A stretch of 64,000 nucleotides of DNA, taken from NCBI GenBank assembly GCA_047920975.1, contig JBLRXC010000002.1, positions 3,061-67,060 on the forward strand, written 5' to 3'. This document shows, piece by piece, positions 1 to 10,339 of this stretch (positions are counted from its first letter, which is position 1; each line of letters opens with the position of its first letter). The notes below the pieces were generated by a model. That model had not been told where the DNA came from, did not search any database, and saw only the letters and a program-made list of their open reading frames with translations. Both the position numbers and the translations under genes were made by a program. Origin of the DNA: Bacteroidales bacterium. GTDB lineage: Bacteria; Bacteroidota; Bacteroidia; Bacteroidales; JAADJA01.

Positions 1-392
1 AAATAGTTCGTTAGCAATGAATCGTATTTCCTGATAATTATTTCCATTGAATCAATTTTTTGCAGAAGAACTATGTTCCCGCCACTGGTAGTGCGAAGTG
101 TATCCAGGGTTTGCATGAGATACGGTATATCGGGATAATGAATTTCATCATCAAAATTTCTGTCAATGAGCTGCTTTCTTTGAAACTGAACCATCCTTGA
201 TAATGAATAGGATAGGTGGTTCATTAATCTGATTTTCTCATTGGGTTTTGAAATCGTTTCAATAGAATCGACGACTTTCCTAAAAGTAATGTTCGACAAA
301 GCCCATGAAATGCCAACCGAAAGCGCAGCAACCAATAGAATGCTTAAGAGTTTCCCTTGAAAAGGTTTAGAATAAAAGTCGATTCTTTTCAT
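1..392 (-). CDS. 5' part of a gene running off the left edge. It encodes a membrane-anchored protein of unknown function, possibly a sensor-kinase N-terminus.
   Basis: Hand translation from the ATG at 392-390 gives MKRIDFYSKPFQGKLLSILLVAALSVGISWALSNITFRK... with no stop before position 1. It has one N-terminal hydrophobic helix. It is absent from the ORF track because the window edge truncates it. The kinase idea is only a guess from architecture. Confidence 0.5.
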   Translation of the reverse strand, partial: MKRIDFYSKPFQGKLLSILLVAALSVGISWALSNITFRKVVDSIETISKPNEKIRLMNHLSYSLSRMVQFQRKQLIDRNFDDEIHYPDIPYLMQTLDTLRTTSGGNIVLLQKIDSMEIIIRKYDSLLTNY

Positions 393-624
393 GTTAGTAC
401 ATTTGGTGAAACCTCAGGGAATGCCATCATATACTAATTTGTTTGTAGGGTTACACATCAGTTATCCGGGATAAATAACGTAATGCGTTCATAACCTGAC
501 AACAAATAACGTATTAAATGAACAGATTGCTATATTAAACGGTAATCTTTTTGATATACCTCATAAAAAAATAACGATAAATGCATTGCTGCAAAGGCCA
601 GGAATTGACTAAAGGCTTTACTTA

Positions 625-3102
625 TTACAATAAATTAAGCTTCAGTGTTACCTTAAATGCAGCATCTCCTATGAACGTATCCAAGGCATAGGGACCATAC
701 CGGTAGAAGGCGCCTAAACCAATTGAGTAAAGCCTCAGGTTGAGCAGGTTGTTGATCAGTAACCCCGATTCATAATAACCTTTTTCCATGGTTTTGTAAT
801 CAATGTTGTGGTGGCTTTCAGTGTAATCGAGCCTGCCGAATCCGATATTGGTAGCAATCGCAAATTCAGGTTTGATCAATCCGCCTTTCATCAGAAGTTT
901 CCCGAAATCATGGGTAAAGTAGAGTGCTCCGTACCGGTTCATCAGAAACTCATTCATCCGCATGGTGGCGAATGAACCGGGGGCAAACAGAGTGAACGAC
1001 CTGTAAGAACCATTCCCATTGAATAAATTGGTATGCGGGAGATCGGCGTCAATGTAACCGGCATTGAATTTAAGGATGGTTGTGCCGAGGTACTTCGAGC
1101 GGAACGACTTTTCTATTTTAAGATCATAGCGGTTATAATCAAAATCTCCATCCAGAAAACCTGCCAAACCTCGGGAATACTGAAGCCATACAATGGGATA
1201 CTTCGTTCCAAGGGAGATATTCTTCCGTATGTTCCTGATGAATTTTTCCCTGAATGCATAACGGAATCCAAGTACAATTTCAGTGAAATCATACCGGTCA
1301 AAATAGACCTTCACTGATTCATTGCTGATGGAATATCGGTACTCGTCTGTAATCGTTTTCCGGGTTTTACTGAGACCAACGTTTACATTCAAATACTTCA
1401 CTGAGCGGAATTGTGTGGATGTCCGGTATTCGGTTACCTTATCCATGTTCCTGATCAAAAAATCTCTAAAGTGATCGGGATTGAGCGGCATGGGTTTATC
1501 ATCCCAATACCTTACCCCACCTGTTTCAAGCACATCATCGATGAATGAAAAGTGAAACTCAAAATCGGCCGGATTATAAAGATCCAGTCTCAGGTGGGCT
1601 CCCCATTTGAATGCATCATCCTTAAAACCGTATCGGAAGTAACCCCCTGCAGTCATAACCTGTGACAACCTATCATTGGTCTCCATTCCAAGTCCCGGAG
1701 CCAAACCCTCATAGCTGTTGTACCGAAGGAAGCGTTGTATATTAAGGTTGACGTAACTCCATGGAATTTTACCAGTCAGCAGGCTTTCAATGCTACTTGC
1801 GATTCTGTCAAAGTTTTCTTCCTGACCAACGCTATCAATGTAGCGATAAGTACTCAGCTCTTTCAGGGTTAATGAGTCAATCCGGTAATCATACCAATAT
1901 GTTTCTTTCCTGAAATTCGCATTTGGATCAACCACCACGGTGGCATTTCCAAAATCACGGTTTCGCAGATCAGGATTCAGGTCAATATCACGAATGTATC
2001 TTTTACCCATTCCGAAAGGGATGCTAACAACCCTCAATCCGGTTGTGTCTTTAATAGATCCCATGACCAGACTAATCGATGAATCACCGGCAACAACCTG
2101 CGTTAAAGTGGCTATGTTGTTGATCTGAACCGGAAACCAGGTTGTATCGTTGATCGGTTCATACATTTGTTCCATTCTGAAAGTCATCAATGATCCTGTC
2201 TCTGAGGGTTCAGCCATTACATTCTGGATCGCCCACTTGCGGGTATTGATGGAGATAGTTCCTTTTAATCCATCAAAGTTGGTTTTCCTTGCAGGCCTGA
2301 ACGAGATCACAAAAACGGTATCCTGTTCACCGTACATCAGCGTATCCTGTAAAAGAAAAAAATACTTTTTGGTGCTTCCCGTACTTATTGGATTCACATA
2401 CTTTTTTCCGGCAATCTCAATCAGGTCGCCATAAAATGAGGTGGATTGCCACTGCGAAATGAGAAAGACGAAAATCGGATCTTTGAAACCGGATACTTTG
2501 GTTGCAATCACTTTTTCTTCGTGTTTCCCGGGAAATTTATATTTCTTATTCACTACTAACTCCATGATGAACAGGTGGTGGTTCTCGAGAAAATCACGTA
2601 TTTCCCTTCCTGCCGTATCAGCAGATAAGCTATCCATCTGGTACAGCGAATCGGGGTCAAGCGTGAAAATCATTTTGTCGTAGGCCAGGTAGGTGAAGGC
2701 AGGCAGTTTTTCAGGATCATTTTTATCTTTGAATGCTATGGCATTGTTAATAATCCTGTGAGCCGGATTATCGGTTGGATGGACTACAAACTCAGGAAGG
2801 TCGTATTCCACTTTTTTCATGTGGATCAAATTTGGTTCATTCAAATCATTCAATGAGCAGCGGAGCGGTTCGTAGCCAACATAACTTAAATGAAGAAGTT
2901 GAATGGGTTCATCCGACCTGAAAAAAAATCTACCGTCTATGTCTGTTGTTCCACCCAGGTTTGATTGATTGATAACAATATTCACAAAAGGCAGAGGCCT
3001 TCTGGAATCCGAATCAATCACCCGACCGGTAACAACATAAGGTTGCGCATTTATTCCGGTCATTAAGCTGAGAAATAATGAAATGATTATCGGTTTAATC
3101 AT
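625..3102 (-). CDS. Large secreted or outer-membrane protein with an N-terminal carboxypeptidase-regulatory-like domain (DUF5686-type architecture)
   Basis: Signal peptide MIKPIIISLFLSLMTGINA. A CarboxypepD_reg-like segment follows (YVVTGRVIDSDSRRPLPFVNIVI...GTTDIDGRFFF). The long C-terminal region is rich in aromatic and Gly residues, like a beta-barrel. The ATG at 3102 is preferred over the TTG at 3123 used by the track. Confidence 0.65.
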   Translation of the reverse strand: MIKPIIISLFLSLMTGINAQPYVVTGRVIDSDSRRPLPFVNIVINQSNLGGTTDIDGRFFFRSDEPIQLLHLSYVGYEPLRCSLNDLNEPNLIHMKKVEYDLPEFVVHPTDNPAHRIINNAIAFKDKNDPEKLPAFTYLAYDKMIFTLDPDSLYQMDSLSADTAGREIRDFLENHHLFIMELVVNKKYKFPGKHEEKVIATKVSGFKDPIFVFLISQWQSTSFYGDLIEIAGKKYVNPISTGSTKKYFFLLQDTLMYGEQDTVFVISFRPARKTNFDGLKGTISINTRKWAIQNVMAEPSETGSLMTFRMEQMYEPINDTTWFPVQINNIATLTQVVAGDSSISLVMGSIKDTTGLRVVSIPFGMGKRYIRDIDLNPDLRNRDFGNATVVVDPNANFRKETYWYDYRIDSLTLKELSTYRYIDSVGQEENFDRIASSIESLLTGKIPWSYVNLNIQRFLRYNSYEGLAPGLGMETNDRLSQVMTAGGYFRYGFKDDAFKWGAHLRLDLYNPADFEFHFSFIDDVLETGGVRYWDDKPMPLNPDHFRDFLIRNMDKVTEYRTSTQFRSVKYLNVNVGLSKTRKTITDEYRYSISNESVKVYFDRYDFTEIVLGFRYAFREKFIRNIRKNISLGTKYPIVWLQYSRGLAGFLDGDFDYNRYDLKIEKSFRSKYLGTTILKFNAGYIDADLPHTNLFNGNGSYRSFTLFAPGSFATMRMNEFLMNRYGALYFTHDFGKLLMKGGLIKPEFAIATNIGFGRLDYTESHHNIDYKTMEKGYYESGLLINNLLNLRLYSIGLGAFYRYGPYALDTFIGDAAFKVTLKLNLL

Positions 3103-3135
3103 ACGGATTCTCTTTGGAAACAAAACTATTCAAAA

Positions 3136-3143
3136 TAGCTTTG
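3136..3143 (+). promoter_or_regulatory. Bacteroidota -7 promoter motif TAgcTTTG upstream of the CHAD gene
   Basis: Exact match to TAnnTTTG, about 65 bp upstream of the ATG at 3210, in the intergenic region between divergent genes. Confidence 0.4.
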
Positions 3144-3209
3144 CATATTTATCAACCTTAAGGAAGAATTTACCTTCAGGTCCGGCAATAATATTATTTT
3201 TACCCGGCA

Positions 3210-4043
3210 ATGGTTGAAATTCTTAAATCATATTACGGGGAACACAAGTCGGTATTTGAAGAAAACTTCAGGCAGGTTTTGGATAGTTTTGATACAGAAG
3301 CTATTCACAAAATGCGAACCAGCACCAAAAGGCTCAGAGCACTTTTTCAACTGCTTGAATTTCTATCCGAAAACAAATTCAGAGCAAAAAAACAACTCTC
3401 ACGGGTGAGACAATTTTTTAAGCATGGGGGAAAGATTCGTGAGATTCAGATTGAGGAGATGCTGGTATTACAATATGAACAATCTCTGAATAAAGTATTT
3501 TCCGAATATCTTGTCTATCTGAAATGGAGAAAGCACAAAGAGATTGCGAGATTTCTAAAAAGCCGGCCTGATTTGAACAACTCTGATACCATTCTGGATG
3601 ATCAGAAAGTCAATGAGGCCATATCAAATCTTCCGGCAATGCCGAAATTAAAAATCCGTACCAGTTCATTCATTGATGACAGGGTGAAACGAATTCAGAA
3701 AAACATAAAAGCACCGGCAAGCAACCACCGTATACATCAAAACCGTACATACCTGAAACAGATCTATTATCTTTACGAAATTCTGTCAGATCTGTCAGGA
3801 AGAAAAATGATATTATGCTCAGAGTCAGAGCGTATCCGGGAGATCGAGCAATATCTAGGAAAATGGCACGATCTGGTAAATTCACCGGTTTTTTTGAATG
3901 CCTTTTTTAAGACCAGGGGAGGCATTTCTGCGGGGAAGTACAAAATACTTAAAAAAAGTATTGCCGATGACCGAAAAGCCATGCGAAATCACATTCTGGA
4001 TCAGTTTTATCCCGAATTGTCAGGACAGGGAAACCCAATATAA
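3210..4043 (+). CDS. CHAD domain-containing protein
   Basis: Helical protein with the CHAD signature region EAIHKMRTSTKRLRALFQLLE and later conserved His/Arg-rich helices. It has no CYTH domain. Confidence 0.6.
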   Translation: MVEILKSYYGEHKSVFEENFRQVLDSFDTEAIHKMRTSTKRLRALFQLLEFLSENKFRAKKQLSRVRQFFKHGGKIREIQIEEMLVLQYEQSLNKVFSEYLVYLKWRKHKEIARFLKSRPDLNNSDTILDDQKVNEAISNLPAMPKLKIRTSSFIDDRVKRIQKNIKAPASNHRIHQNRTYLKQIYYLYEILSDLSGRKMILCSESERIREIEQYLGKWHDLVNSPVFLNAFFKTRGGISAGKYKILKKSIADDRKAMRNHILDQFYPELSGQGNPI

Positions 4044-4058
4044 TTTAACGGTACAGAA

Positions 4059-5321
4059 TTAGCCTCCAAAATCATCAAATGCGATCATCTCTTCAGGTAC
4101 ACCATAATCATCAAGCATTTTGATTACTGCCTGATTCATCATGGGAGGTCCGCAGAAATAATATTCAATTTCTTCGGGTTCCGGGTGATGTTTGAGGTAA
4201 TTGTCAATGATCACCTGATGGATAAAACCCGTATAGCCTGTCCAGTTATCTTCTGGAGTGGGCTCTGACAATGCGATATTAAAAGTAAAATTAGGGAATT
4301 CTTTCTCAATGGCTCTGAACTCATCTACATAAAACAATTCCCTGGAGCTTCTGCCACCATACCAGAAGGTAACTTTCCTGTCGGTTGTTTTGAGCGTATG
4401 AAAAAGGTGAAACAGGTGCGATCGAAGCGGAGCCATGCCGGCACCACCTCCTATATACATCATTTCGCGCTTGGTTTCCTTGATGAAGAACTCACCGTAA
4501 GGACCTGAAACTACTACCTTGTCGCCGGGCTTCCTTGAAAAAATGTAGGAAGAGCAGATACCGGGATTCACATTCATGAAAGCATTTTTTGATCTGTCCC
4601 AGGGGGGAGTGGCGATACGGATATTTAGTTTTACAATGTTGCCCTCAGCGGGATGGTTGGCCATGGAATAGGCTCTGAAGATGGGTTCAGGATTTTTCAT
4701 TTTAAGGTCCCACATCTTGAATTTATCCCACTCGTCACGGTATTCCTCTTCTACTTCGATATCCTTGTAATCAACTTCACAAGGCGGAACATCAATCTGA
4801 ATATAACCTCCTGACTGAAAGTCAAGGACTTCACCCTCTGGTAACTTCACAACAAATTCCTTGATAAAAGTGGCTACATTGTTATTGAAGACAACCTCAC
4901 ACTCCCACTTTTTGATCCCGAAGATCTCCTTTGGAACTTCGATTTTCATGTTTTCCCGCACTTTCACCTGGCAACCTAACCGCCAAAGATTTTGTTGCTC
5001 TTTCCGAGTAAAATAACCTACTTCTGTTGGCAAAATTGACCCGCCACCTTCAAGTACCCGGCATTTGCACATGGCGCAAGTACCGCCGCCACCGCAGGCA
5101 GAAGGAAGGAATATTTTATGGTTGGATAGGGTTGTAAGCAATGTTGAGCCCGGAGAGACCACCAACTCTTTGTCATCATTTATTGTGAGTGTTACGTCAC
5201 CCTGAGGTGTGAGCTTTTTTCTTGCATAGAGTAATACTGCTACCAGTAAAAGAATAACCAGAAGAAATACGGCAACCCCGCCCATGATTGTTTGACCGAT
5301 TCCAGCAACAAGTAATATCAT
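4059..5321 (-). CDS. nqrF: Na+-translocating NADH:quinone reductase subunit F
   Basis: N-terminal TM helix, 2Fe-2S ferredoxin Cys cluster ([12 protein letters not shown]) and an FAD/NADH reductase module ([15 protein letters not shown]). It is the last gene of the nqr cluster. Confidence 0.95.
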   Translation of the reverse strand: MILLVAGIGQTIMGGVAVFLLVILLLVAVLLYARKKLTPQGDVTLTINDDKELVVSPGSTLLTTLSNHKIFLPSACGGGGTCAMCKCRVLEGGGSILPTEVGYFTRKEQQNLWRLGCQVKVRENMKIEVPKEIFGIKKWECEVVFNNNVATFIKEFVVKLPEGEVLDFQSGGYIQIDVPPCEVDYKDIEVEEEYRDEWDKFKMWDLKMKNPEPIFRAYSMANHPAEGNIVKLNIRIATPPWDRSKNAFMNVNPGICSSYIFSRKPGDKVVVSGPYGEFFIKETKREMMYIGGGAGMAPLRSHLFHLFHTLKTTDRKVTFWYGGRSSRELFYVDEFRAIEKEFPNFTFNIALSEPTPEDNWTGYTGFIHQVIIDNYLKHHPEPEEIEYYFCGPPMMNQAVIKMLDDYGVPEEMIAFDDFGG

Positions 5322-5378
5322 TGTTTACTTAATTATTTGAGGTTTATATTTTTTTCAAATTGATTTTCCGCAGGTTAA

Positions 5379-5996
5379 CTATAGTTTGATCCCCATAAAG
5401 CTCATGAATGCAATACCCATCAAACCTGTGATGATAAATGTGATCCCAAGTCCTCTTAACGGGCCGGGTACATTGGAGTAACGGATCTTTTCGCGGATAG
5501 CTGCAATGCCAACAATTGCAAGGAACCAGCCTACGCCTGATCCCAAACCGAATGAAGTTGCTTCGGCAATAGAAGCATATTCGCGTTCCTGCATGAAAAG
5601 AGAACCTCCCAGAATAGCACAATTAACAGCAATGAGCGGAAGAAAGATGCCAAGCGAATTGTAAAGTGCTGGTGAGAACTTTTCAATCACCATTTCAACC
5701 AACTGCACCATAGATGCAATGACAGCAATGAACATAATAAAGCTCAAAAAACTCAGATCCACTTCCGCAAAGTTGGTTCCCAACCATGCCAGTGCACCTA
5801 CACTTAACAGGTATTTATTGATCAGGTAATCAACCGGTACGGTTATCCCCAACACAAAAATCACGGCGATCCCAAGTCCAACAGATGTCTTCACAGTTTT
5901 TGACACAGCCAGATAAGAGCACATCCCAAGAAAATATGCAAATATCATGTTGTCAATAAAGATGGACTTTACAAATATGTTAATAAGCTCTTGCAT
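5379..5996 (-). CDS. nqrE: Na+-translocating NADH:quinone reductase subunit E
   Basis: 205-aa polytopic membrane protein of the NqrE/RnfA type, positioned between nqrD and nqrF. Confidence 0.9.
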   Translation of the reverse strand: MQELINIFVKSIFIDNMIFAYFLGMCSYLAVSKTVKTSVGLGIAVIFVLGITVPVDYLINKYLLSVGALAWLGTNFAEVDLSFLSFIMFIAVIASMVQLVEMVIEKFSPALYNSLGIFLPLIAVNCAILGGSLFMQEREYASIAEATSFGLGSGVGWFLAIVGIAAIREKIRYSNVPGPLRGLGITFIITGLMGIAFMSFMGIKL

Positions 5997-6014
5997 AGCT
6001 CTAAATTTTTCTGT

Positions 6015-6674
6015 TTAGTTTTGTTCTATTAAATCTGGATTTTTCGAGCGCTGAACCCAAATGATGATCCCAACAATGATCAGTGCCATTGGAGGTAAAA
6101 TCATAAAACCATTGTTTTTATATCCGATATTGTAAATACCCATCCATTCCAAAACGGGATAACCGTAAAGGGTGCCCGATCCAAACAATTCTCTGAAAAA
6201 AGCAACCACGATCAATATCCAGGCATATCCTGCGGCATTGCCCAATCCATCGAGGAAAGATGGCCAGGGTTTATTACCCATAGCAAATGCTTCAAGGCGG
6301 CCCATGATGATACAGTTTGTAATGATCAGTCCAACAAATACCGAAAGCTGTTTACTAACCTCATAAGCAAAAGCCTTCAATACCTGGTCGACAAGAATAA
6401 CCAGTGATGCGATCACTACCAGCTGAACGATAATCCTGATCCTGGGGGGGATGGTATTTCTTGCCAGGGAAATAATGACATTGGCAAGCGTAAGCACCGC
6501 TAATACAGAGATAGACATAACCACTGCCGGTTCAAGTTTGACTGTAATGGCTAATGCGGAACATATTCCCAGCACCTGGATAGTAATTGGATTTTCCTTA
6601 TTTAAAGGGATGGTCAGTAATTTTCTGTTTTTAGCTGAAAACAGTGGTTCTTTAATTTTTAATTCTGTGCTCAT
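6015..6674 (-). CDS. nqrD: Na+-translocating NADH:quinone reductase subunit D
   Basis: 219-aa polytopic membrane protein of the NqrD/RnfE type, in the expected operon position. Confidence 0.9.
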   Translation of the reverse strand: MSTELKIKEPLFSAKNRKLLTIPLNKENPITIQVLGICSALAITVKLEPAVVMSISVLAVLTLANVIISLARNTIPPRIRIIVQLVVIASLVILVDQVLKAFAYEVSKQLSVFVGLIITNCIIMGRLEAFAMGNKPWPSFLDGLGNAAGYAWILIVVAFFRELFGSGTLYGYPVLEWMGIYNIGYKNNGFMILPPMALIIVGIIIWVQRSKNPDLIEQN

Positions 6675-6678
6675 CTTT

Positions 6679-7437
6679 CTAAATATGGTTTTGAATATAC
6701 ATAAGGTAGTTACTCAAACAATCCTTCAACATCATGCCAACACCATCAGATGTAATGGTCCCGCCAGATATGGCATCCACACCATGGATCTGACGGGCAG
6801 GTGGCATTGTTTGAACGCCACCTTTAACAACTGCAATGGATGCAAATTCTCCATTGGGTTCAAAAATTTGTTTGCCCTTGAATTGATCCTGAAATGACTT
6901 TGTATTGATTTCAGCACCGAGCCCGGGTGTTTCCGATTTATGATCGAATGTTACACCATAAATGGTGTTCAGGTCAGGCTCAAAAGCTATATTGCCCCAA
7001 ATCGGACCCCATAAGCCTCTGCCCAGTACAGGAATGATATAATAGTTTTCACCATTTTTCTGGCAGACGTAGATTGGGAAAAGTGGCTCATCCGTTGATC
7101 TTCCGGATCTGAGTCTATCCAGTTTATGCAGTTCAACCTTCAGATCAATGTTAAATGGCCTGATATCTCCGGTTGTCAAAAACCCGTTCTCAAAAACACT
7201 AACAATTTCTCCTTTAGAATTAATCGCCTCTTCTCTTACGATGTATTGGGCATACATGTCATCGGCTTTTGATTTTTCAACCTCTAACCTGACCGATTGA
7301 AGAATGTTCATCATCTTTTCAGTCCGGATATTTTTCTCCTGGAATGGTTTCAGCAGGCTGGTTGCAGAAGACAGGACTGCTGCAACCGCTATTACCATGA
7401 TGGAGGAGTAAATAAAAATATATCTGTTGCTGTACAT
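6679..7437 (-). CDS. nqrC: Na+-translocating NADH:quinone reductase subunit C
   Basis: One N-terminal TM helix plus an FMN-binding domain with the flavinylation-type motif [10 protein letters not shown]. In the expected operon position. Confidence 0.9.
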   Translation of the reverse strand: MYSNRYIFIYSSIMVIAVAAVLSSATSLLKPFQEKNIRTEKMMNILQSVRLEVEKSKADDMYAQYIVREEAINSKGEIVSVFENGFLTTGDIRPFNIDLKVELHKLDRLRSGRSTDEPLFPIYVCQKNGENYYIIPVLGRGLWGPIWGNIAFEPDLNTIYGVTFDHKSETPGLGAEINTKSFQDQFKGKQIFEPNGEFASIAVVKGGVQTMPPARQIHGVDAISGGTITSDGVGMMLKDCLSNYLMYIQNHI

Positions 7438-7448
7438 TGTTGAAGATT

Positions 7449-8603
7449 TTATGATTTTGAAATCGTTTTCACTTTCATCCGGGTCAACCGCCTTTTAATA
7501 TTTGCCTGGATCACATAGTGGTCAATCAGTGGTGCAAATACATTCATGAGTAAAATGGCCAGCATCATTCCTTCAGGATAGGCAGGATTGGCGACCCTGA
7601 TGATTACAGCAATCATTCCTATCAGCAAGCCATAGATGTATTTTCCTCTTCCCGTTTGTGAAGCGGTCACCGGGTCAGTAGCCATGAAAACCGCACCGAA
7701 TGCAAAACCACCCATCACAAGGTGATAGTGAGCTGGAATGGCCATGTAGTCATTGATTGCAAATAAATTAAATATCCATCCCATCAATAATCCTCCTGTA
7801 ACCACTGAAGCCATGATTCTCCAGCTTCCAATCCCGGTAAGGAGAAGGATGGCAGCACCAATCAGGATGGCAAGCGTAGAGGTCTCACCGACGGATCCAG
7901 GGATAAAACCAAAAAACATTTCATTGAATGTTGGAATTTTGTCGACATCTCCAACCAACGCATGGCCAAGTGGTGTGGCGCCTGAGAACGTATCTGCTTT
8001 TTCTGCGATCCAGACTTTGTCACCCGACATATCAGCAGGATAGGCAAAAAACAGGAAAGCCCTGGATGTCAGTGCAGGGTTCAGAATATTCATCCCTGTT
8101 CCACCAAACACCTCCTTACCGATGATAACGGCAAACACTACTGAAAGCGCAAGCATCCACAAAGGAATATCAGGAGGAACGATGAGAGGTATGAGCATTC
8201 CTGTAACCAGGTAACCTTCATTGACTTCATGATTTCTTATCTGTGCAAAAAGAAACTCAATGCCAAGGCCCACTGCATAGGAGACAATGATCAGCGGCAG
8301 GACCTTTAGAAAACCAAACCAGAATTGATCCCAAAAGGTAACAGTTTCACCGAGTGACCTGAAATGCTGAAATCCAACATTCCACATGCCGAATAGTACC
8401 GCCGGAATCAGGGCGATGACAACCATGATCATTGTTCTTTTCATATCCATCACATCTCTGATATGGCTGCCTTTGAATGTCACTTTGTTGGGCACAAACA
8501 GGAAAGTTTCAAAGGCATCGAATGTTGAATGCAACTTTTCGAACCTCCCGCCTTTTTCAAATTGGGGCTTTATTTTATCAAGGAAATCTCTTAATGCCTT
8601 CAT
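7449..8603 (-). CDS. nqrB: Na+-translocating NADH:quinone reductase subunit B
   Basis: NqrB/RnfD-type polytopic protein with the FMN attachment motif FSGATPLG. Confidence 0.9.
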   Translation of the reverse strand: MKALRDFLDKIKPQFEKGGRFEKLHSTFDAFETFLFVPNKVTFKGSHIRDVMDMKRTMIMVVIALIPAVLFGMWNVGFQHFRSLGETVTFWDQFWFGFLKVLPLIIVSYAVGLGIEFLFAQIRNHEVNEGYLVTGMLIPLIVPPDIPLWMLALSVVFAVIIGKEVFGGTGMNILNPALTSRAFLFFAYPADMSGDKVWIAEKADTFSGATPLGHALVGDVDKIPTFNEMFFGFIPGSVGETSTLAILIGAAILLLTGIGSWRIMASVVTGGLLMGWIFNLFAINDYMAIPAHYHLVMGGFAFGAVFMATDPVTASQTGRGKYIYGLLIGMIAVIIRVANPAYPEGMMLAILLMNVFAPLIDHYVIQANIKRRLTRMKVKTISKS

Positions 8604-8648
8604 GTATTGAATTCAAAATTAAACCTGAGTAATTATTTTTATTCGATG

Positions 8649-9998
8649 TTATGACATCTCTTTCAGAATCAATTCAAGTCCTTCTCTTACCATTGCCTGC
8701 ATCTCAGTTTTTGAGGGGTCAATAAACTCGCACAAAGCAAAGTCTTCCTCATCCACTTCGTAAATCCCCAGTTGTTCCATGAGGTCAATGTCCTTGATCA
8801 TGATTGCCTTTAGTAATTGCATAGGATAAATGTCCATCGGGAATACTTTCTCATACAACCCGGTCAGCACAAATGCCCGGTGTCCTCCATTCAGATTGGT
8901 GTCCAGTTTGTATTTTTTATCCGGAGTCAACCAGGAGAAAAAAGTTCTTGAAAAGCTGAACTTATCAAACCGGGGCATGCTCCAGCCAAGGAATTCGTAA
9001 TAATTTCCCTCCGGAATAACAGTCAATTGGTTGTCGTAAAATCCAAGATAACCATCCGGATCAACTTTGGTTCCGGTTAGCACATTGCCACTGATATATC
9101 TCACATCTGATTCTTTCACACGGCCTTTGATCAAGGGTTGAATGGATGTGCCGTTCATTACTTTGAGATATCCTGGTTTTTCGGTCTCAGATCCTGTAAT
9201 TGCAATGATCTTTGAAGCATCATAGATACCCTCTGTAAACAACTTCCCAATAGTGATAACCGCTTGTGGATTGACGTACCAAACAATTTCCCCCTTATTG
9301 ATCGGGTCAAGATGATGAATTTGAATACCTACATTTCCCGCCGGATGGGGCCCACTAAACCGGTTGATCCGGACGTTTTGTGCATCAAGGAAAATTCTGG
9401 AAACGGGCTCACCTTCGTGAATATTCAAATGGACTTTACCAGTTGTCAGTTTTGCCAGGGCATTCAATCCTGTTTGAAAGGCCTGACTATTCTTCTCCAC
9501 GATAAAACCATAATCAGGTGCCAAAGGTGACGAGTCAAAGGCTGAAATAAAAATAGATTTTGGCTGATCGTCAGGGTTGGCAATAATGGAATAGGGACGT
9601 TGGCGGATGAAAGCCCAGGTTCCGCTTTTTAACAATTTTTCGGTAATCTGCTCCCTTGTCAAATCATTTGGGTCTCCTTTCCCGAACGTTTCATAATTCA
9701 TTTTCCCATCTGATTCAATGACTATTTGCAACATTTTTCTTTTGGGACCCCGGAAAACTTCTTTGATGGTACCGCTAACCGGCGATGTAAAAATAATGTT
9801 CTCACGGTATTTGTTGAAGAACACCGGTGTCCCGGCATTGACAGGATCACCCTCCTTCACAAACAGCTTAGGGAAAACACCATTGAAATCAGGTGGTTTC
9901 AATGCGACTAAAACAGAGCTAACCTCGCTCAACTGTTTTTCAGCTTCTCCTGAAAGTTTTATGTCGAGGCCTTTTCTGATCTTGATAACATCGGACAT
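8649..9998 (-). CDS. nqrA: Na+-translocating NADH:quinone reductase subunit A
   Basis: 449-aa soluble subunit with the typical NqrA N-terminus (IKIRKGLDIKLSGEA). It is the first gene of the six-gene cluster. Confidence 0.9.
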   Translation of the reverse strand: MSDVIKIRKGLDIKLSGEAEKQLSEVSSVLVALKPPDFNGVFPKLFVKEGDPVNAGTPVFFNKYRENIIFTSPVSGTIKEVFRGPKRKMLQIVIESDGKMNYETFGKGDPNDLTREQITEKLLKSGTWAFIRQRPYSIIANPDDQPKSIFISAFDSSPLAPDYGFIVEKNSQAFQTGLNALAKLTTGKVHLNIHEGEPVSRIFLDAQNVRINRFSGPHPAGNVGIQIHHLDPINKGEIVWYVNPQAVITIGKLFTEGIYDASKIIAITGSETEKPGYLKVMNGTSIQPLIKGRVKESDVRYISGNVLTGTKVDPDGYLGFYDNQLTVIPEGNYYEFLGWSMPRFDKFSFSRTFFSWLTPDKKYKLDTNLNGGHRAFVLTGLYEKVFPMDIYPMQLLKAIMIKDIDLMEQLGIYEVDEEDFALCEFIDPSKTEMQAMVREGLELILKEMS

Positions 9999-10048
9999 AA
10001 TATTGTAATAACGTGTTGTTTAAATAAAATCCAATGAAAACTATCGCG

Positions 10049-10056
10049 CAAAATTA
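10049..10056 (-). promoter_or_regulatory. Bacteroidota -7 motif TAatTTTG upstream of nqrA
   Basis: The reverse complement of caaaatta is taattttg, located about 50 bp upstream of the nqrA ATG at 9998. Confidence 0.45.
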
Positions 10057-10308
10057 TAAAAAGCAAATTAGAATTACATATTCAAAAATTGAAATTACTC
10101 TATGCATTAGTAAGAAATTAAAAAACCTCATTCAAAAATCATGATAATCGGTAGTTAATATGCTGAAAACAAGTAATATATATACAACTGTGTTTCATGC
10201 CAACATTATTTATAATGATTATATATTACGATTTATCAATGTATTTTTTAATTTACCGGACAAAAAGTCAGCTCTCTTTTGTTTTATTTCTTTCAAAGGG
10301 AAATGCCA

Positions 10309-10316
10309 TATCTTTG
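10309..10316 (+). promoter_or_regulatory. Bacteroidota -7 motif TAtcTTTG upstream of the amidohydrolase gene
   Basis: Exact TAnnTTTG match 24 bp upstream of the ATG at 10340. It lies inside the track's longer ORF, which argues for the shorter start. Confidence 0.45.
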
Positions 10317-10339
10317 CTCGGCATTATTATCATTTGAAA

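Noticed and set aside
4059-9998. The nqr operon has no adjacent apbE or nqrM maturation genes.
   Set aside because: Those genes follow nqrF in Vibrio-type operons but are commonly unlinked in other phyla. Their absence from this window says nothing about their absence from the genome.
10160-10339. The 60-codon N-terminal extension of the amidohydrolase ORF given in the track.
   Set aside because: The extension is AT-rich and low-complexity, contains the TAtcTTTG promoter motif, and precedes the canonical M20D N-terminus that starts at the ATG at 10340.
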